NCBI GenBank assembly: GCA_047967505.1
Contig: CM106538.1
Reading direction: 5' to 3' (one strand)
DNA length: 64,000 bases
DNA from: Dipteris shenzhenensis
Taxonomy: Eukaryota
Under the pieces are notes generated by a model that saw only the letters and a list, made by a program, of their open reading frames with translations, did no database searches and had not been told where the DNA came from. The position numbers and the translations under genes were made by a program. Every line of letters begins with the position of its first letter. Positions within the stretch are counted from its first letter, which is position 1. This document shows, piece after piece, positions 1 through 12,399 of this stretch.

Positions 1-630
1 ATTTTGTTGGGGAGCGACACTATACCAACGATCCAGTCTTGCCTGATAAGCGGAAAGAGCATTATGTTGAAAAGTGTAGCCCGGTGACAAAGGCTGCAAT
101 TCCTTCCAAAGGTCAACCAGATTTAAATGCAAAAGTAATTGAGACCATGCATGCCTTTCAGGAGATAACATATGATCGTGGTTGGAAGTGTTGTCTCCCT
201 GTTGTGGAGCATTATTGAAATCCCCACATATGTAGGCATGATATCTCCACGGGTATTGTTGCATAACATCCCAAATTACAGTTCTGTCCCGAGATGACTG
301 AGGTGCATAAACTGAAGCAAATTCAAACACCTCTCCTCTAATAATGCATTGGAGAATAAGCCATCTACCTTTGTTGTCATTTAACGCAATGACTGGTTGA
401 AGCTCATGTTTGATCAAAAGGACAACCCCTGAGAAAGAGTGCTCCCCAGCATAGAAAATGTCATACCCACAGAAGTGTCCTGTCTTGCCTGCATAAATAT
501 GTTGGTTGTGCTCTTGTAATGCCACTATGTCAGGCTGAAATCTGTTGATGTACAGCCACACAGATTTCCATTTCCTACTGTCACATATACCCTGTACATT
601 GAGTGTAAAACATGTGATGTGAGCAGTCAT
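1..630 (-). CDS. LINE (L1-type) ORF2, N-terminal APE/EEP endonuclease; runs off the window edge
   Basis: ATG at 630 opens a frame with no stop to position 1: TLNVQG...DIVALQE...SGVVLLI...ASVYAP...ICGDFN...GYTF...ARLDRWY, the canonical APE motifs. It starts 55 nt downstream of the ORF1 stop. Confidence 0.9.
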   Translation of the reverse strand, partial: MTAHITCFTLNVQGICDSRKWKSVWLYINRFQPDIVALQEHNQHIYAGKTGHFCGYDIFYAGEHSFSGVVLLIKHELQPVIALNDNKGRWLILQCIIRGEVFEFASVYAPQSSRDRTVIWDVMQQYPWRYHAYICGDFNNAPQQGDNTSNHDHMLSPERHAWSQLLLHLNLVDLWKELQPLSPGYTFQHNALSAYQARLDRWYSVAPQQN

Positions 631-685
631 ATATACAGATATTTATAGTAATGTAACAACTATGTACAGCAGCAAAAGTATGAGG

Positions 686-1921
686 TCAGCCTTGCATCTC
701 TATCTCAGGGTCGAGGCCTCGCCCTTGAGAAGAAGTAGTCACCTGAGAAGTGGACAGCAAGGCAGCAACCTCTTCTTCAGGGAAGAGTGTTCTGCTGGCT
801 GTTACTGCAGCCCATGTAATCCCAATTCCTGTATTGATCTCTGGGGTGTTTCCGCTAGAAGATGCACCATTCCAAGTGCGGGGGGGTGGAATTCTTCGAG
901 CAGAAATAACTTTTCTTGGGCTCTGCCAGCCATCAGTTGAAGGTTTCTTTCCTTTGGGCATGGACTGAGTAGCAGGAGGTGAATGTGAAGTGAGATTCAT
1001 ATTGGTAACTACTGAATCTTTGCCTTTTTCCTGACTTCCAGGATGCTGTCTGCTGCTTTTATTTTTGTTGGCAACTGGAGTAGGAGCATCTTTAGTAGGC
1101 ATGTGTACCGGCAAGGTGACATGAGGCATTTTATGTGGGTTCAGTGGGCACTGTGAAGCCATGTGTCCAAACTTTTTGCATTCAAAACAGGCCCCTGCAA
1201 ATAAACCCCATTTGAGTTTATAAAATGCACTCCCCATGTTCACATTGTTCACCGTGACTGAATAAGAGTCCGGTGTGGGATTATCAGTATCCCAGAGAAT
1301 GCAAAATCTGTTTGAATTGCCATTTGGCCGTGGTGGGCAGACCACTTTACCTAAAGAGGCTGCAATTTTAGGCAAAAGTGAGGCCATGCATTGGGGGAAA
1401 TCAACGACTTCAACCCAGACTGGGCATCTGTGTCTGATTAAAGCCTGAAAGTCCCTTGTGGGAGACCATGGCAAGACATGCACCATTTGCTGTCCAAAAA
1501 AAAGAGGTGAATGTTCCAAAAGCATTTGTCTGTGGATCTCATCCACCATGATAACCTCGAAAAAGCCCCTGGCTGCATAGTGTACTTTACGAACAAAAGA
1601 GCCAGCCAAAGTGCGTGTGAGCCAGTTGCCTATCTCTGCAGCAGGTGGCATCCGGCCTGGAAAGAATAATATAACTGCATTCTTGGCATACTCTCTGACT
1701 GGATCCACAATTTCATCGACCTCAACCATGAGGCCAACTGAGGGAACCGATTCTTTCCAGTCTTTTCTCGTATCTGCAAATCCTTCATGCATTACATCAT
1801 ACACTAGTTGAGCCTCAAGTGTATCATGCATTGGGTCATGCTGACCCTCAACCTGCTTTTGCTTCTTGCAGGGAGCCGAGCGCTCCTTTTGAAATGTTTT
1901 TTCATATGAATACTTTGCCAT
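686..1921 (-). CDS. LINE ORF1 (DUF4283/RRM-like region plus CCHC zinc knuckle)
   Basis: Intact 411-aa ORF with GFFEV...PLFFG...LPW...PVWVEVVDFP...IAASLGKV and CFECKKFGHMASQC (CX2CX4HX4C), typical of plant L1 ORF1. Confidence 0.88.
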   Translation of the reverse strand: MAKYSYEKTFQKERSAPCKKQKQVEGQHDPMHDTLEAQLVYDVMHEGFADTRKDWKESVPSVGLMVEVDEIVDPVREYAKNAVILFFPGRMPPAAEIGNWLTRTLAGSFVRKVHYAARGFFEVIMVDEIHRQMLLEHSPLFFGQQMVHVLPWSPTRDFQALIRHRCPVWVEVVDFPQCMASLLPKIAASLGKVVCPPRPNGNSNRFCILWDTDNPTPDSYSVTVNNVNMGSAFYKLKWGLFAGACFECKKFGHMASQCPLNPHKMPHVTLPVHMPTKDAPTPVANKNKSSRQHPGSQEKGKDSVVTNMNLTSHSPPATQSMPKGKKPSTDGWQSPRKVISARRIPPPRTWNGASSSGNTPEINTGIGITWAAVTASRTLFPEEEVAALLSTSQVTTSSQGRGLDPEIEMQG

Positions 1922-2506
1922 GACTTGGTAAGAAAAGGAGCTTGAGGATGAAATACCTGTAAGAAGGTGGCGGAAGCCAAAAAAACAGTCCCAAAGGAAA
2001 ATCAGAAGAAGCCCACAAGAGAGAAGAGGAATTGTGTGACTAGTAAGGAGAGATCAAAGGGATAGGTAGGAGTTGGCAGAAGACCAGCAGGGAAGAAAGG
2101 CGAAAGGAAAACCCCCAAAGAAGAGTCAGATTATACGGCAGGACTGGATTTGTACGGAAAACGTACGACAGTCGTACGGTCGCCGTACGGTGACCGTACA
2201 GGGGTACGGACGAGTATGGCACAGAGAGGATGCTGTTGACGGAGAACGATCTGTTTACGATGTACGGAGATGTACGGATGCACAAAGTCAGGTTATGGAG
2301 AAAGGAAAAGATAACGACGCACACACATGCAGGGTTGGAGCGGGATGACGCAAAGATCTGCAGAAAGGGCAGGATGGTCGCACGGGCTGTCCGTACTGGT
2401 GTACGATACCTGTACGACAGCCGTACAGGTATACGGAGCAGACGGGGGAGCTGTACGAGGCTCTCACGACCGGACTGTCTTTCTCCTCTCTCTCGTCACC
2501 GCTTAT

Positions 2507-2508
<2 letters not shown>

Positions 2509-2547
<39 letters not shown>

Positions 2548-2769
2548 CACACACACACACTTTTTTTTGTGTGAAATTTTGATACTTCATATTACAATTT
2601 AGCTATCCCAAAAAACGAGGTATGCCAAATTACATCGAAAGAAAATCTCACTATGGAAAATGTAGGGTCACCAAAGACACACACACACACACTTTTTTTT
2701 AGTAAAATCCATTGTATTTATATGCTCATAAATTTACAATATGGGAGGTCTCCCACACACTAGCAAAGA

Positions 2770-2812
<43 letters not shown>
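2509..2812. repeat. Cluster of (CA)n microsatellites
   Basis: (CA)n runs at about 2509-2560, 2677-2692 and 2771-2812. Confidence 0.95.
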
Positions 2813-2816
<4 letters not shown>

Positions 2817-2918
2817 AGTTAATCTCTCCCTCTTTTTTGATTTGAAGGAAGGTGTTCTGTTTGGTTTTATCCTTTGTCCTGACTCATGTATTGACATTTA
2901 TGCCTTGTGAGTGTCAAG

Positions 2919-5900
2919 CCAGAAACACTATTCCCAAGTGTTAGGTGTGGCTTAGAGATGGCATTACTTGGAGCCTTGGCAGCAACAAATGGTTGTAATA
3001 TTGTGGAATTGCTTCTTGGACATTCTAAACAAGGTGCATCAGAAAATCCAAATGGCTTACCAACTTATAATGGAAAAGGCAAGAGCTTAGAGTATGCAGA
3101 CTACAAGGTCCAGATTTGTGCACTTCTAGATTCTGATGGATCACCTGAAGAGTTGGCATTCTCTGCACTCGATCTGGTGAAGCGAGGATACAGTGCCCTG
3201 AAAATCAAGGTTAGCTTTTCGTATTGTTGTGTATAAATGGATGCTCAAGTATGTGTGGGTGTGTGGATTTGTACGAAGACTTTGTATAAATGGATGCTCA
3301 ACTATGTGTGGGTGTGTGGATTTGTATGTGTGAGAGCATACTTTTATACTATGGTCTACACCCACTGTTGGGCGCTAATGACGTCAGTGGGGATGCCATA
3401 GTAGCTAGTCCCTGCTATGCATGATGGAGTTTATGGTTCTCAATCTTATGAGTGACTCATGAGATTGAAACTGCACTATGTTGTGTTTTTAGAGGATGAG
3501 TCTGGGAATGTTCCTGGTATATGCTTCTGCCGTATTAGCGGACATGCAAATTTCACCTTGTGAAGTTTTCGTCCAAGTTGCGGCCTGTTGGTATTGCGAT
3601 AATTCTTTCTATCTTAAATGGTGTGTTGCCCTACCAGCTAGATTTAGATTTAGATGCTCGTTTGGGAGAGACTAAAATGAAATCGTTTAGACTTTACAAG
3701 CAGTTGTAGCTTGAATGAAGAGATTTGGACTACTTTTTGATAAGCCTTCTCCTTTAGTGCTAGCCTTCGTCATGGCTGAGTTTGCCCTTCACCTCCGGAG
3801 TGCCGACAAAAACTCAGTACGAAGACTTTGTATAAATGGATGCTCAAGTATGTGTGGGTGTGGATTTGTATGTGTGAGAGCATACTTTTATACTATGGTC
3901 TACACCCACTGTTGGGCGCTGATGACGTCAGTGGGTATGTCATAGTAGCTAGTCTCTACTATGCATGATGGAGTTTATGGTTCTCAATCTTATGAGTGAC
4001 TCTCGTGAGATTGAAATTGCACTATGTTGTGTTTTTAGAAGATGAGTTTGGGAATGTTCCTGGATTTATCTAGGTATATGCTTCTGCCGTATTAGCGGAC
4101 ATGCAAATTTCACCTTGTGAAGTTTTCGTCCAAGTTGCGGCCTGTTGGTATTGTGATAATTCTTTCTATCTTAAATGGTGCGTTTCCCTACTAGCTAGAT
4201 TTAGATTTAGATGCTCGTTTGGGAGAGACTAAAATGAAATCGTTTAGACTTCACAAGTAGTTGTAGCTTGAATGAAGAGATTCGGACTACTTTTTGATTA
4301 GCCTTCTTCTTTAGTGCTAGCCTTCGTCATGGCTGAGTTTGCCCTTCACCTCCGGAGTGCCGACAAAAACTCAGTACGAAGACTTTGTATAAATGGATGC
4401 TCAAGTATGTGTGGGTGTGTGGATTTGTATGTGTGAGAGCATACTTTTATACTATGGTCTACACCCACTGTTGGGCGCTGATGATGTCAGTGGGGATGTC
4501 ATAGTAGCTAGTCCTTGCTATGCATGATGGAGTTTATGGTTCTCAATCTTATGAGTGACTCTCGTGAGACTGAAACTGCACTATGTTGTGTTTTTAGAGG
4601 ATGAGTTTGGGAATGTTCCTGGATTCATCTAGGTAATTGCTGTAAGAAAAGGTAGAAGGCTTCACATATCACTGAATAGTGCATAATTTCAATTGTTAAA
4701 CTTTAAATCAGAGACTTGGAGCTTTGCTTCAATCACAATTTTTTTAAATAGTTGTTCTATTATCATGTTCAGGCAACATCAAATGTTATAGTGGTTCTAT
4801 TGAGGAGAAATACTTCAATGATTGCAAGAAATTATGAAATGTGACTCCTAAGCAGCCTTTTTCATTCTTTAATTAAATGTGTTTTGACAGGTGGCGCGGC
4901 GAGTCTCACCGCTGGATGATGCAGCAGCTCTTCTTGCTGTCAGAAGGATGGTTGGCCCAAATATCCACCTTCGCGCAGATGCAAACCAGCGCTGGACATT
5001 TGCTCAAGCTGTGGAGTTTGCAACTGCTGTGCGGAGCTGTGGACTTCAGTATCTTGAAGTATGTGGTCTTTCTAACACGTCATTATCTGCATCAAATTGG
5101 ATTTATTGCCTTAAATTGTCAAGGGGGTCCGGTTTGGAACCTGTTCTAGCATTGAGATAAACTGCAATGTGTCTTTTCCTACTGGTAAAAATGGATCTGT
5201 GTTGGGGATATTCTTATCATCCTTCTAGAAGGGGTTGGGGAGGTGCAGAAAAGCAAGATTCCATTAGAATCTTCTCTCCTTTTTATCTCCTGCTATAAGT
5301 GTTACTTGTTTGGATGTTCCACCTGTTGGATTATAAAAACTTAAAGCTTCCATTGAAGGGAAATTACACGGAGAAAACAACAGCTCATATGTTCGACTCA
5401 GATAAGAATCAAAACTCACGAAATTTATTGACAAAGACTAGGACTGTGGGCTCTGTACCTCATCTCTACCGAGTTTTTTGGCAGTACATCAGAGGAAAGG
5501 ATTCGTAGGAATCTTTTTGACTCCTACGAGCAGCTGCCCATACACAAGATTCCATAACCGACTCACGACTTTCATGGAGTCTATGGACAAAGAGAGTGAA
5601 CCCAAACATAGAGCAGTTAATTTATAGATTCATTGAATTGCCACCACTTCCTCTTCAATGTAATGGGTTGATATAAACAGTCACCATGCACCACATAAGG
5701 CCAGCCAATGCATGCTTGGATGCCACGTTGAGAAAGTCCACCAAGCTCTCCACGGGTTTAGTCACCCATGAAGCTCACATATCCAACGGGACTGAAAACA
5801 ACTCTTGAAAATAGTAGAAGACTCCTGAACAGAAAATGTCGTCTGTCCACAGCAAGCTCATAAATGAAGACCAAATTAGGAAAAGAGTGGCCATCCACAC

Positions 5901-8900
5901 AGGACAAGGCCAAAAATCAGGTCGCCCACACAAGGCAACATTGATCTAGGTAAAAGTGGCCATCCACACAGGACAAGGCCCAAAATCAGATCGTCCACTC
6001 AAGGCAACACTGAATGAAAATATTTGGCTTCCAAAAAACTGCTCAATCGTCTTCTGTACTGCAACTCTGAAGAAGAGGAAAAGACATGCAAGCAAGATTG
6101 GATATAGCTTGTGAGATCACGTAGAAGGTCATTAAAGTCGTTATAAAGAGATGGAAGAAGATTTTTGAAGCCATAGATGCTGCAAGATGACCTCTTCTCA
6201 AGATGAGGGTCGCTGCTATGGCTAGCACAAGACTGTGAAGTTGATCACCTCCAAGCCATGGCTATAGAGGAAGAAACCTGGCATCACCATGACGCTAATC
6301 TACAGAGCATCATTTGCTAACTCTTCTTGAAAGTGGTCCTTAGAAAATCTTCAACAGAAGACTGCCCAAAACCGTCGATCAATGAAGTCTTCAAGATGTA
6401 ATTCGGGGAATGTACTTGCAAGCCCACAACGCTTCCGCTGCAATATTATGATCATAACCAAGTGCTTCAGATAGGTTCTTCTTTCATGCAATCAAAACAA
6501 ACTCCTCTGTTTGTCAAAGCTTCCTGTACGAACAAAGCTTTCACAACCAAAACATTTGAAGGTGTAGTAGCCAGAGATGTAATGTAAGCCCCAACATAGT
6601 TGTTAGATAACTCTCAGATTACCACCATATTTATAAAAGAAAACCACCTCAAACCTCTTGGATTTCTGTCCAAAGAGTGGACGCAATTCTGACAAAAGCC
6701 ACGCTTATCTTTGCTGCTCTGGCACACAACTCGAATTTTCTCAGACTATTCAATTCTTTGACGCCCGACAAATTCTCAGCACCTTTAGAGCTAAATCATA
6801 ACACTGAGACTTCCAGAAGCTTTTCAGGTAGTTTCGAAGAAAGAGTCTACTTTAACATTGTACTCTTGCTTGGATCAGCCACAGCGCAGACGATCCCACA
6901 CGATATGCATGCTCTCAGCAAGACTAGCTCTCTTGTTACAAAGCCTCAGGCGTCTCGGCTCGGATACCAATTGTTGGATTATAAGAGCATGCAGCTCAAG
7001 ATATAGTCACATAAAATGAGCTCTTTGCCAACTAAAACCCTCTTGAGAAATGCAATGCAACTGTTGAATAACTCATGTTAGTGCCTGCACATGATGATCC
7101 AGTGGTCCTCATTCTTGACCTCTTGGAAGGCACATATTCAATCTGTGATGGAACTCAGCTAACCCAAGGCAATTCTCAAAGTACAGGACAATTGGATCTG
7201 AAGCTGTAAGGTTCTCTAAAGTGATCAATGTAGAACTTACTGTAAAGCATAGATGAGGGATCAGCCAACAACCATGAGGTATACTGACCTGTTGGGGCCT
7301 GCATGCAGAGATGTAATGAAGTTGTCAGTATGTCTGAAAATAAGCGCCCCCTCAACCACCCACATTCCCTGGACAAACAAACAAAAATAAAAGAGTGATC
7401 AAAGAATCCCTGCCTCCCCCCCTTTGCTCCCCAGGGAAGACAGACAAACAAATTCACAAGAGTAATTAGAGAGTAGAGATAATCATGTGATCTTAATGAG
7501 ACACGTTACCATGAATGTCAACCCCCAACCTGTCTCTTCTCCAGCCCCCCATGCCCCCTTCATTCCCCACAAACAAACAAACAAACAAACTTCAAAGAGT
7601 GATCAAAGTCAATGACGAGTGTTACCCTGAATGTCAATTTTTCTTGAGCGTCTGAAATCTACTTGTTATTCTGAACCAGGAACCAGTAAAAGATCCAAAG
7701 GATCTTTCAAGGTTTTGCAAAGAGACAGGCTTGCCAGTGGCATTGGACGAAAGCATAGATCAAAATCCTTTGAATTTTGTCCGGAGCCTTGGGATTTTTT
7801 CATATCCTGGGATTGAGGCTGTGGTATGTTTCAATCATCAGAAAATATATATGTACATTTGTTCGTTTATATTTCATCATTGTTTCTTTCAAAGCTGCTA
7901 ATAATCTGTAATTTCCAGGAGCTTGTGCTGTTTTTGAACTGCTGTCTTTGGTGTGGCATTGCTAGATTATCAAACCTAGTTGTGTGGGCGGATTTGAGCG
8001 TGCAGCCCTGATAGCAAAATGGGCCCAGAGGCATGGCATGGTAGCAGTTATCAGTGCTGCATTTGAGAGCAGCCTTAGTCTGGCTGCTTATGCTCATCTT
8101 GCTGCTTTCGTCGATAAACGGCGCCTGGAATCAATCATGGCTAGTGAGCTTGACAAGAGAGGGCATTATCAACAAAACATCATTCCAGCAGTTGCTCATG
8201 GCCTTGGGACTTATATGTGGCTTGAGGGTGACGTGGTAAACAAGAAATTCACAGTGAAGCATGCAGGTGATGGAGTAGAAGTTTCCATCAATGATGCAGC
8301 AAACATACTTCATGATGTTATTTTGAGGAAAGACTTTGTGAACCTGGAACCCTGTGTAACCCATATCAAATCTGATTTTTACGTGGTTAAATCTTCCCAA
8401 GTCAAGTATGCATTCCATGTCTTGGATACACAAGATAGCTGCAAAGTGAGCACATGAACTTGTCGACTAGAGAGTATGTGAGGTCTGCATTGAAGGCTTA
8501 GGTTGAATAGTTGCCTAATACGTTTGCATGTAAATGGGTCAAATGATGATGTGTTATTTTCAGTTATATTTTTCAGGCATATTTTCTGTGTTCTTTCCAC
8601 TAATCTTAAAACGATTGGAGTATGCAGAAGCGGCTCCAGGCGCCAGTACTAGTTTTCTTCCATGGTTTCCTTGGCACTAGCAGAGATTGGTTGCCAATAA
8701 TGCATGCCCTCTCCATTTCAAACAGATGTATATCCATAGATTTGCCAGGCCATGGAGAAACCAGGATGAAAGAACAGGACACAGTGACTAAGTCACTAAA
8801 TGCTAATGAGGATCTTAAGTCTAACAAATCAGGCCTTGAGATGAGAGCAGAAAATCCCTTGTGCATGGAGAATATAGCAGCAGCTTTGTCTGAACTTTTA

Positions 8901-10145
8901 GATATTCTGTGTGAGAAAAAGGTGATCCTCATCGGTTATTCCATGGGAGCAAGGTTGGCATTGTTCATGGCTTTAAGATGCAATCATCAGGTACATCAAA
9001 GACTTCAAAGGAACGCAGTTCATCTCAGAGAATCAGACTTCAAGTAAGTTACATCATAATCTCTTCCAATTTTGCTGATTCATGGAATTTGTGTACAGGT
9101 TGCTGCTGCAGTGATTATTTCAGGCAGCCCAGGTCTACGTGATCCATTGGCACGAAAAGAAAGGGCAGAACGAGACAATGCTCTTTCTCAGTCTTTACAT
9201 CTACGTGGCCTAGACTCTTTTGTCGAATCATGGTATCATAAACCAATGTGGAAAAGGTGAGTAATTAGGTCGATATGTTTGGAGGTTCGGAAGCTGTATG
9301 TGCAAAGGTTACTTTTCAAATCAATGTCTTGCCTTTGACAAGCTGTTTGATTCATGCTCTTGTTCCAGTCTTAGGAATCATCCCAAATTCAAAAGCTTTA
9401 AGAGCACCCGGATACGGCACCTAGAACTGGACACATTAGCAAGAGTGCTGTCGTCAATGAGTTCAGGAAAGCAGCCGTAAGCATTTCTCCCTCGTTTCCA
9501 GAACCTTTAATCAATCTAGTAGAAAAGGCATGAGAGTCTTTGAGCAATTTTGTGCTGTGATGGAAAAAACTTTCCCCTTATACCGTTTGAAGTTTGCCGG
9601 TGTTCATGTGTGATCTATTTCTTTGTTGTAGATCATTGTGGGATGACCTAGCGCATCCTCCTGTTCCTCTGCTTCTAGTGGCGGGTAAAGATGACACAAA
9701 GTTCCTTCACATTGCTCATAAAATGTGTGGCAGCAGTCAGGTTAGAGTATCGGATTCAAGGCCTAAAAGAAACATAGAAACTTTTATAGAAGACGTGCAT
9801 GCAGGCATTGATCCATTGTCCAGTGACAAAGGCATGAAAGCTTTTGTGGATCAGGAGATGAGAAGGTTTCGACTGGAAGAAACTCTTGCCTTGGAAAGTC
9901 TAGAGCCTGGAGATGAAGGTATAGATAAGGAAAAGAAGATATTTCAGCTGGAGGAAGCCCTTGCTTTGGAAAGCACAGAGCCTGAAGATGAAGGGGAGCC
10001 AGGCAGATTGAAAAGAAAAGGGAAGAACAGATTTGTCTCTTTAATGGAAATAGATCATTCTGGGCATGCGGTGCATTTGGAGAACCCTTTGCACCTTGTC
10101 AATGGCATCAGTAAATTTGTATTGAGGCTAACCAGATCTTGTTAG
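2919..10145 (+). CDS. PHYLLO: PHYLLO, 3' part: o-succinylbenzoate synthase (MenC) plus SHCHC synthase (MenH); 5' exons lie outside the window
   Basis: GT-AG exons with consistent phases: 2919-3209, 4891-5058, 7680-7823, 7966-8445, 8628-8990, 9099-9256, 9369-9476, 9632-10145 (TAG). MenC motifs: FPSVRCGLEMA, LKIKVARR, LRADANQRW, QYLEEP, VALDES, IKPS.VGGFE, AHGLGT. MenH motifs: FFHGFLG, IDLPGHG, GYSMG, GKDD, GHAVHLENP. The acceptors at 2919 and 8628 are the least certain. Confidence 0.93.
3228..4635. repeat. Intronic tandem array, about 550-bp unit, about 2.5 copies
   Basis: gtacgaagactttgtataaatggatgctcaa... recurs at about 3271, 3817 and 4374 with near-identical downstream sequence; a short partial copy is at about 3230. 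Confidence 0.93.
5324..6984 (-). mobile_element. Non-autonomous LTR-retrotransposon remnant in a PHYLLO intron
   Basis: tRNA-iMet-like PBS (minus strand tggtatccgagc, 6958-6969) lies 2 nt after ...aatccaaca. The 13-mer tgttggattataa occurs at both 5324 and 6972. An internal ~65-bp tandem duplication is at about 5884-6013. Confidence 0.55.
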
Positions 10146-11279
10146 TTTCTGTATTAAGTTATTTTCCCTATTTCCTGATCAAATTGAGCTTGTCCAAGAG
10201 CATACACTAAATTCAGAAATTAGTGCACTTTAATCCAATTCGCTAAATCCTGCAATGCCCAAATCTGGTTGTGACATCCAATTCGCTAAATCCTGCAAAA
10301 GCTCTCCATTTAGAAGAAGCCACTGTGTAATATAAAGTGTATGCGTGTGTGTGTGTGTGTCTGTGTTTGTGTGTGTGTTTTGTACAATTCAACACACCCC
10401 CCTTCCCCCCTTAAATAAAACGATGTGTGTTGTATGATCTCCTGTGGTAGATGTAATAGATAATCGGGGGCAACACACTTTCTTTCCCACAGTCCAAGAG
10501 ATAGTATCGTTTGGTTTTGCATCACATACATATGCGGTGCATCATTACAATAATGCTGCAATCTTTTCAACTTCCTCATCTATCTTCTCTTCACACATCT
10601 CTCACAATCCAAGTGCCCAAATGATTTGTAGGATTGCGAGTGTAATAGGTAGAGACATATCGCCATTGAAAACATAGTAAGAACTTTCGACAATAGACAT
10701 TCAATTTTGAATTCGGAACAAGTAAAGATCAAAATAAGTAATACTTCTTGATATCCATTTCATTAATTGTTGCAAACTCAGTACATCAGATAGGAAACAT
10801 AGTCAAAACTAGACAACATAGGGATCTGCAGATGGAGAATGTTTTCTCATTTGGAACTTTTGAACTTCTGAACTAAGATAGATCAGAGAACTACTTTCTC
10901 GTCCATATATTAGTTGCAACTCCTAGCATACACACTCTAGAAGTGGTTGCTTTCTAACTATCCCTACTAAGTTTTTTCATAGTCCTTCTATTACTTAGTA
11001 AAATAGATATATATCACGAGTACCCAGGAAGCATTTGTCTACAACTGAATAGATATATCTTATACATTGAGGTCTTTTAGATACATCTAGTCACTTGGAG
11101 ATATTTTAGCTTCCCAATGAGAGGCTCGGTCTTAATGGAAGGATTGGCTTTTCTTCCGAAGGCTCGAGCTTGGGCTTCTTCCCTTTAGGCTCCTTTCTTT
11201 AAAGGGGTCGGTTCTTTCATTCAAGGTCCTGAGTTACAGTGCTCACTGGTACTAAAAATAGATATAAATTCTAGTGCAT

Positions 11280-12140
11280 ATTATGTACAATCATTTGCTT
11301 GTTCCTTATACAACTGATGCTAATCTATTTATTGACTCAGAGTCTAGGTCCTTATTTGTGCAGCATGCTTTTCTATTGCGTTGGGAATGGCTAAAAAATG
11401 ATGATCCCCATGTACAAGCGAATATAAAACAACATTGTATGTGGTCAGATGGTTCTTCCTGTCAGTTTAATCTAGCCCATGGATTCTACTTTTTCTCAAG
11501 GTTTAAATCCTTGACCGACCTAAATATGACATGGAATTTCTTTGGGTATAACCATGACAAGGGGGAACATGATGGTTGTGGTGTTGTTATGAAGTGAGAT
11601 CTACTCAAACACCAACTACCATGCCATCAAGGAAAGTTGAATGATGTCCATGATGCTATAACATGGCTCACAACCAACCTCTCCACATGGGCACATTCAA
11701 CATACAGTAAACAATGCATCAAGAATAGTGGCATGCACAAAGTGTTTCATGAAGTGAAAGTGAATAAATTGAAAAGAAGAAATAGACACGATTGTGAGGT
11801 CATTAAAGGAACTCGTACTTTGTACATCATATGGGACTTTTTAAACAACCACGTGCTCAAAACAAGAAAACTTTCTTGTTTCTACAATGCATGCATCATA
11901 GGGGATCATGGCAATTACGAGGACATTGCAAGTGTGAAGAGATGGGAGATAGTTCAAGTTTTTCCTCTATGTGAAGATAGAGTGACAAAGAATGGAGAGA
12001 CAAATGATGACTCACCACAGTTTGGGGAGTCTTTTCATGAACTTTGACTATTCGGAAGAGAGGGATAACTTTGTAGTTGTCGTTGACTTTGGGGAGGATG
12101 AGGAAGATGATCCATACTTTTTGTTGTAGTGTAATGTTGC
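11280..12140 (+). pseudogene. Sola2-like DNA transposase, catalytic fragment (degenerate)
   Basis: WSDGSSCQF...WNFFGYNHDKGEHDGCGVVMK then IKGTRTLY...RKLSCFYNAC, matching the SDG..SQF / HGKG..DG.G..K signature; contains stops and frameshifts. Confidence 0.65.
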
Positions 12141-12399
12141 AATCTTTTCAACTTGTTCCCCATCTGTCTTTTACTCTTCCTTTGTAGAAGTGATAAGGAG
12201 ATTTGGAGCTACTCATTCTATTGTGTATGTCTTCCAGTAAAAAAGACTTATAGACTATTGCTTTTGCAGTCATGGATTCAGGGTCATGGTAATCATTTTT
12301 GGGATTTGGGCAAGCCTTTTGGATGGTGACTTGTCTCAGAAGCATTTCGAGCAATAAAATCAACAAGTGTTTTGGTGGCGATGTTTTGTGGATCCTTAG

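Larger units (their letters stand above)
1..2508 (-). mobile_element. L1-type LINE, antisense within a PHYLLO intron; 5' end estimated
   Basis: ORF1 and ORF2 in tandem; a CpG/GTAC-rich putative 5' region (about 1922-2508) abuts a (CA)n tract. Confidence 0.75.

Noticed and set aside
2040-2602. Several short ORFs with HTHT/VCVC runs
   Set aside because: They are translations of (CA)n microsatellite and LINE UTR sequence.
7966-10145. menC/menH as bacterial contamination or recent HGT
   Set aside because: Spliceosomal introns and the MenC-MenH fusion match the standard plant PHYLLO gene.
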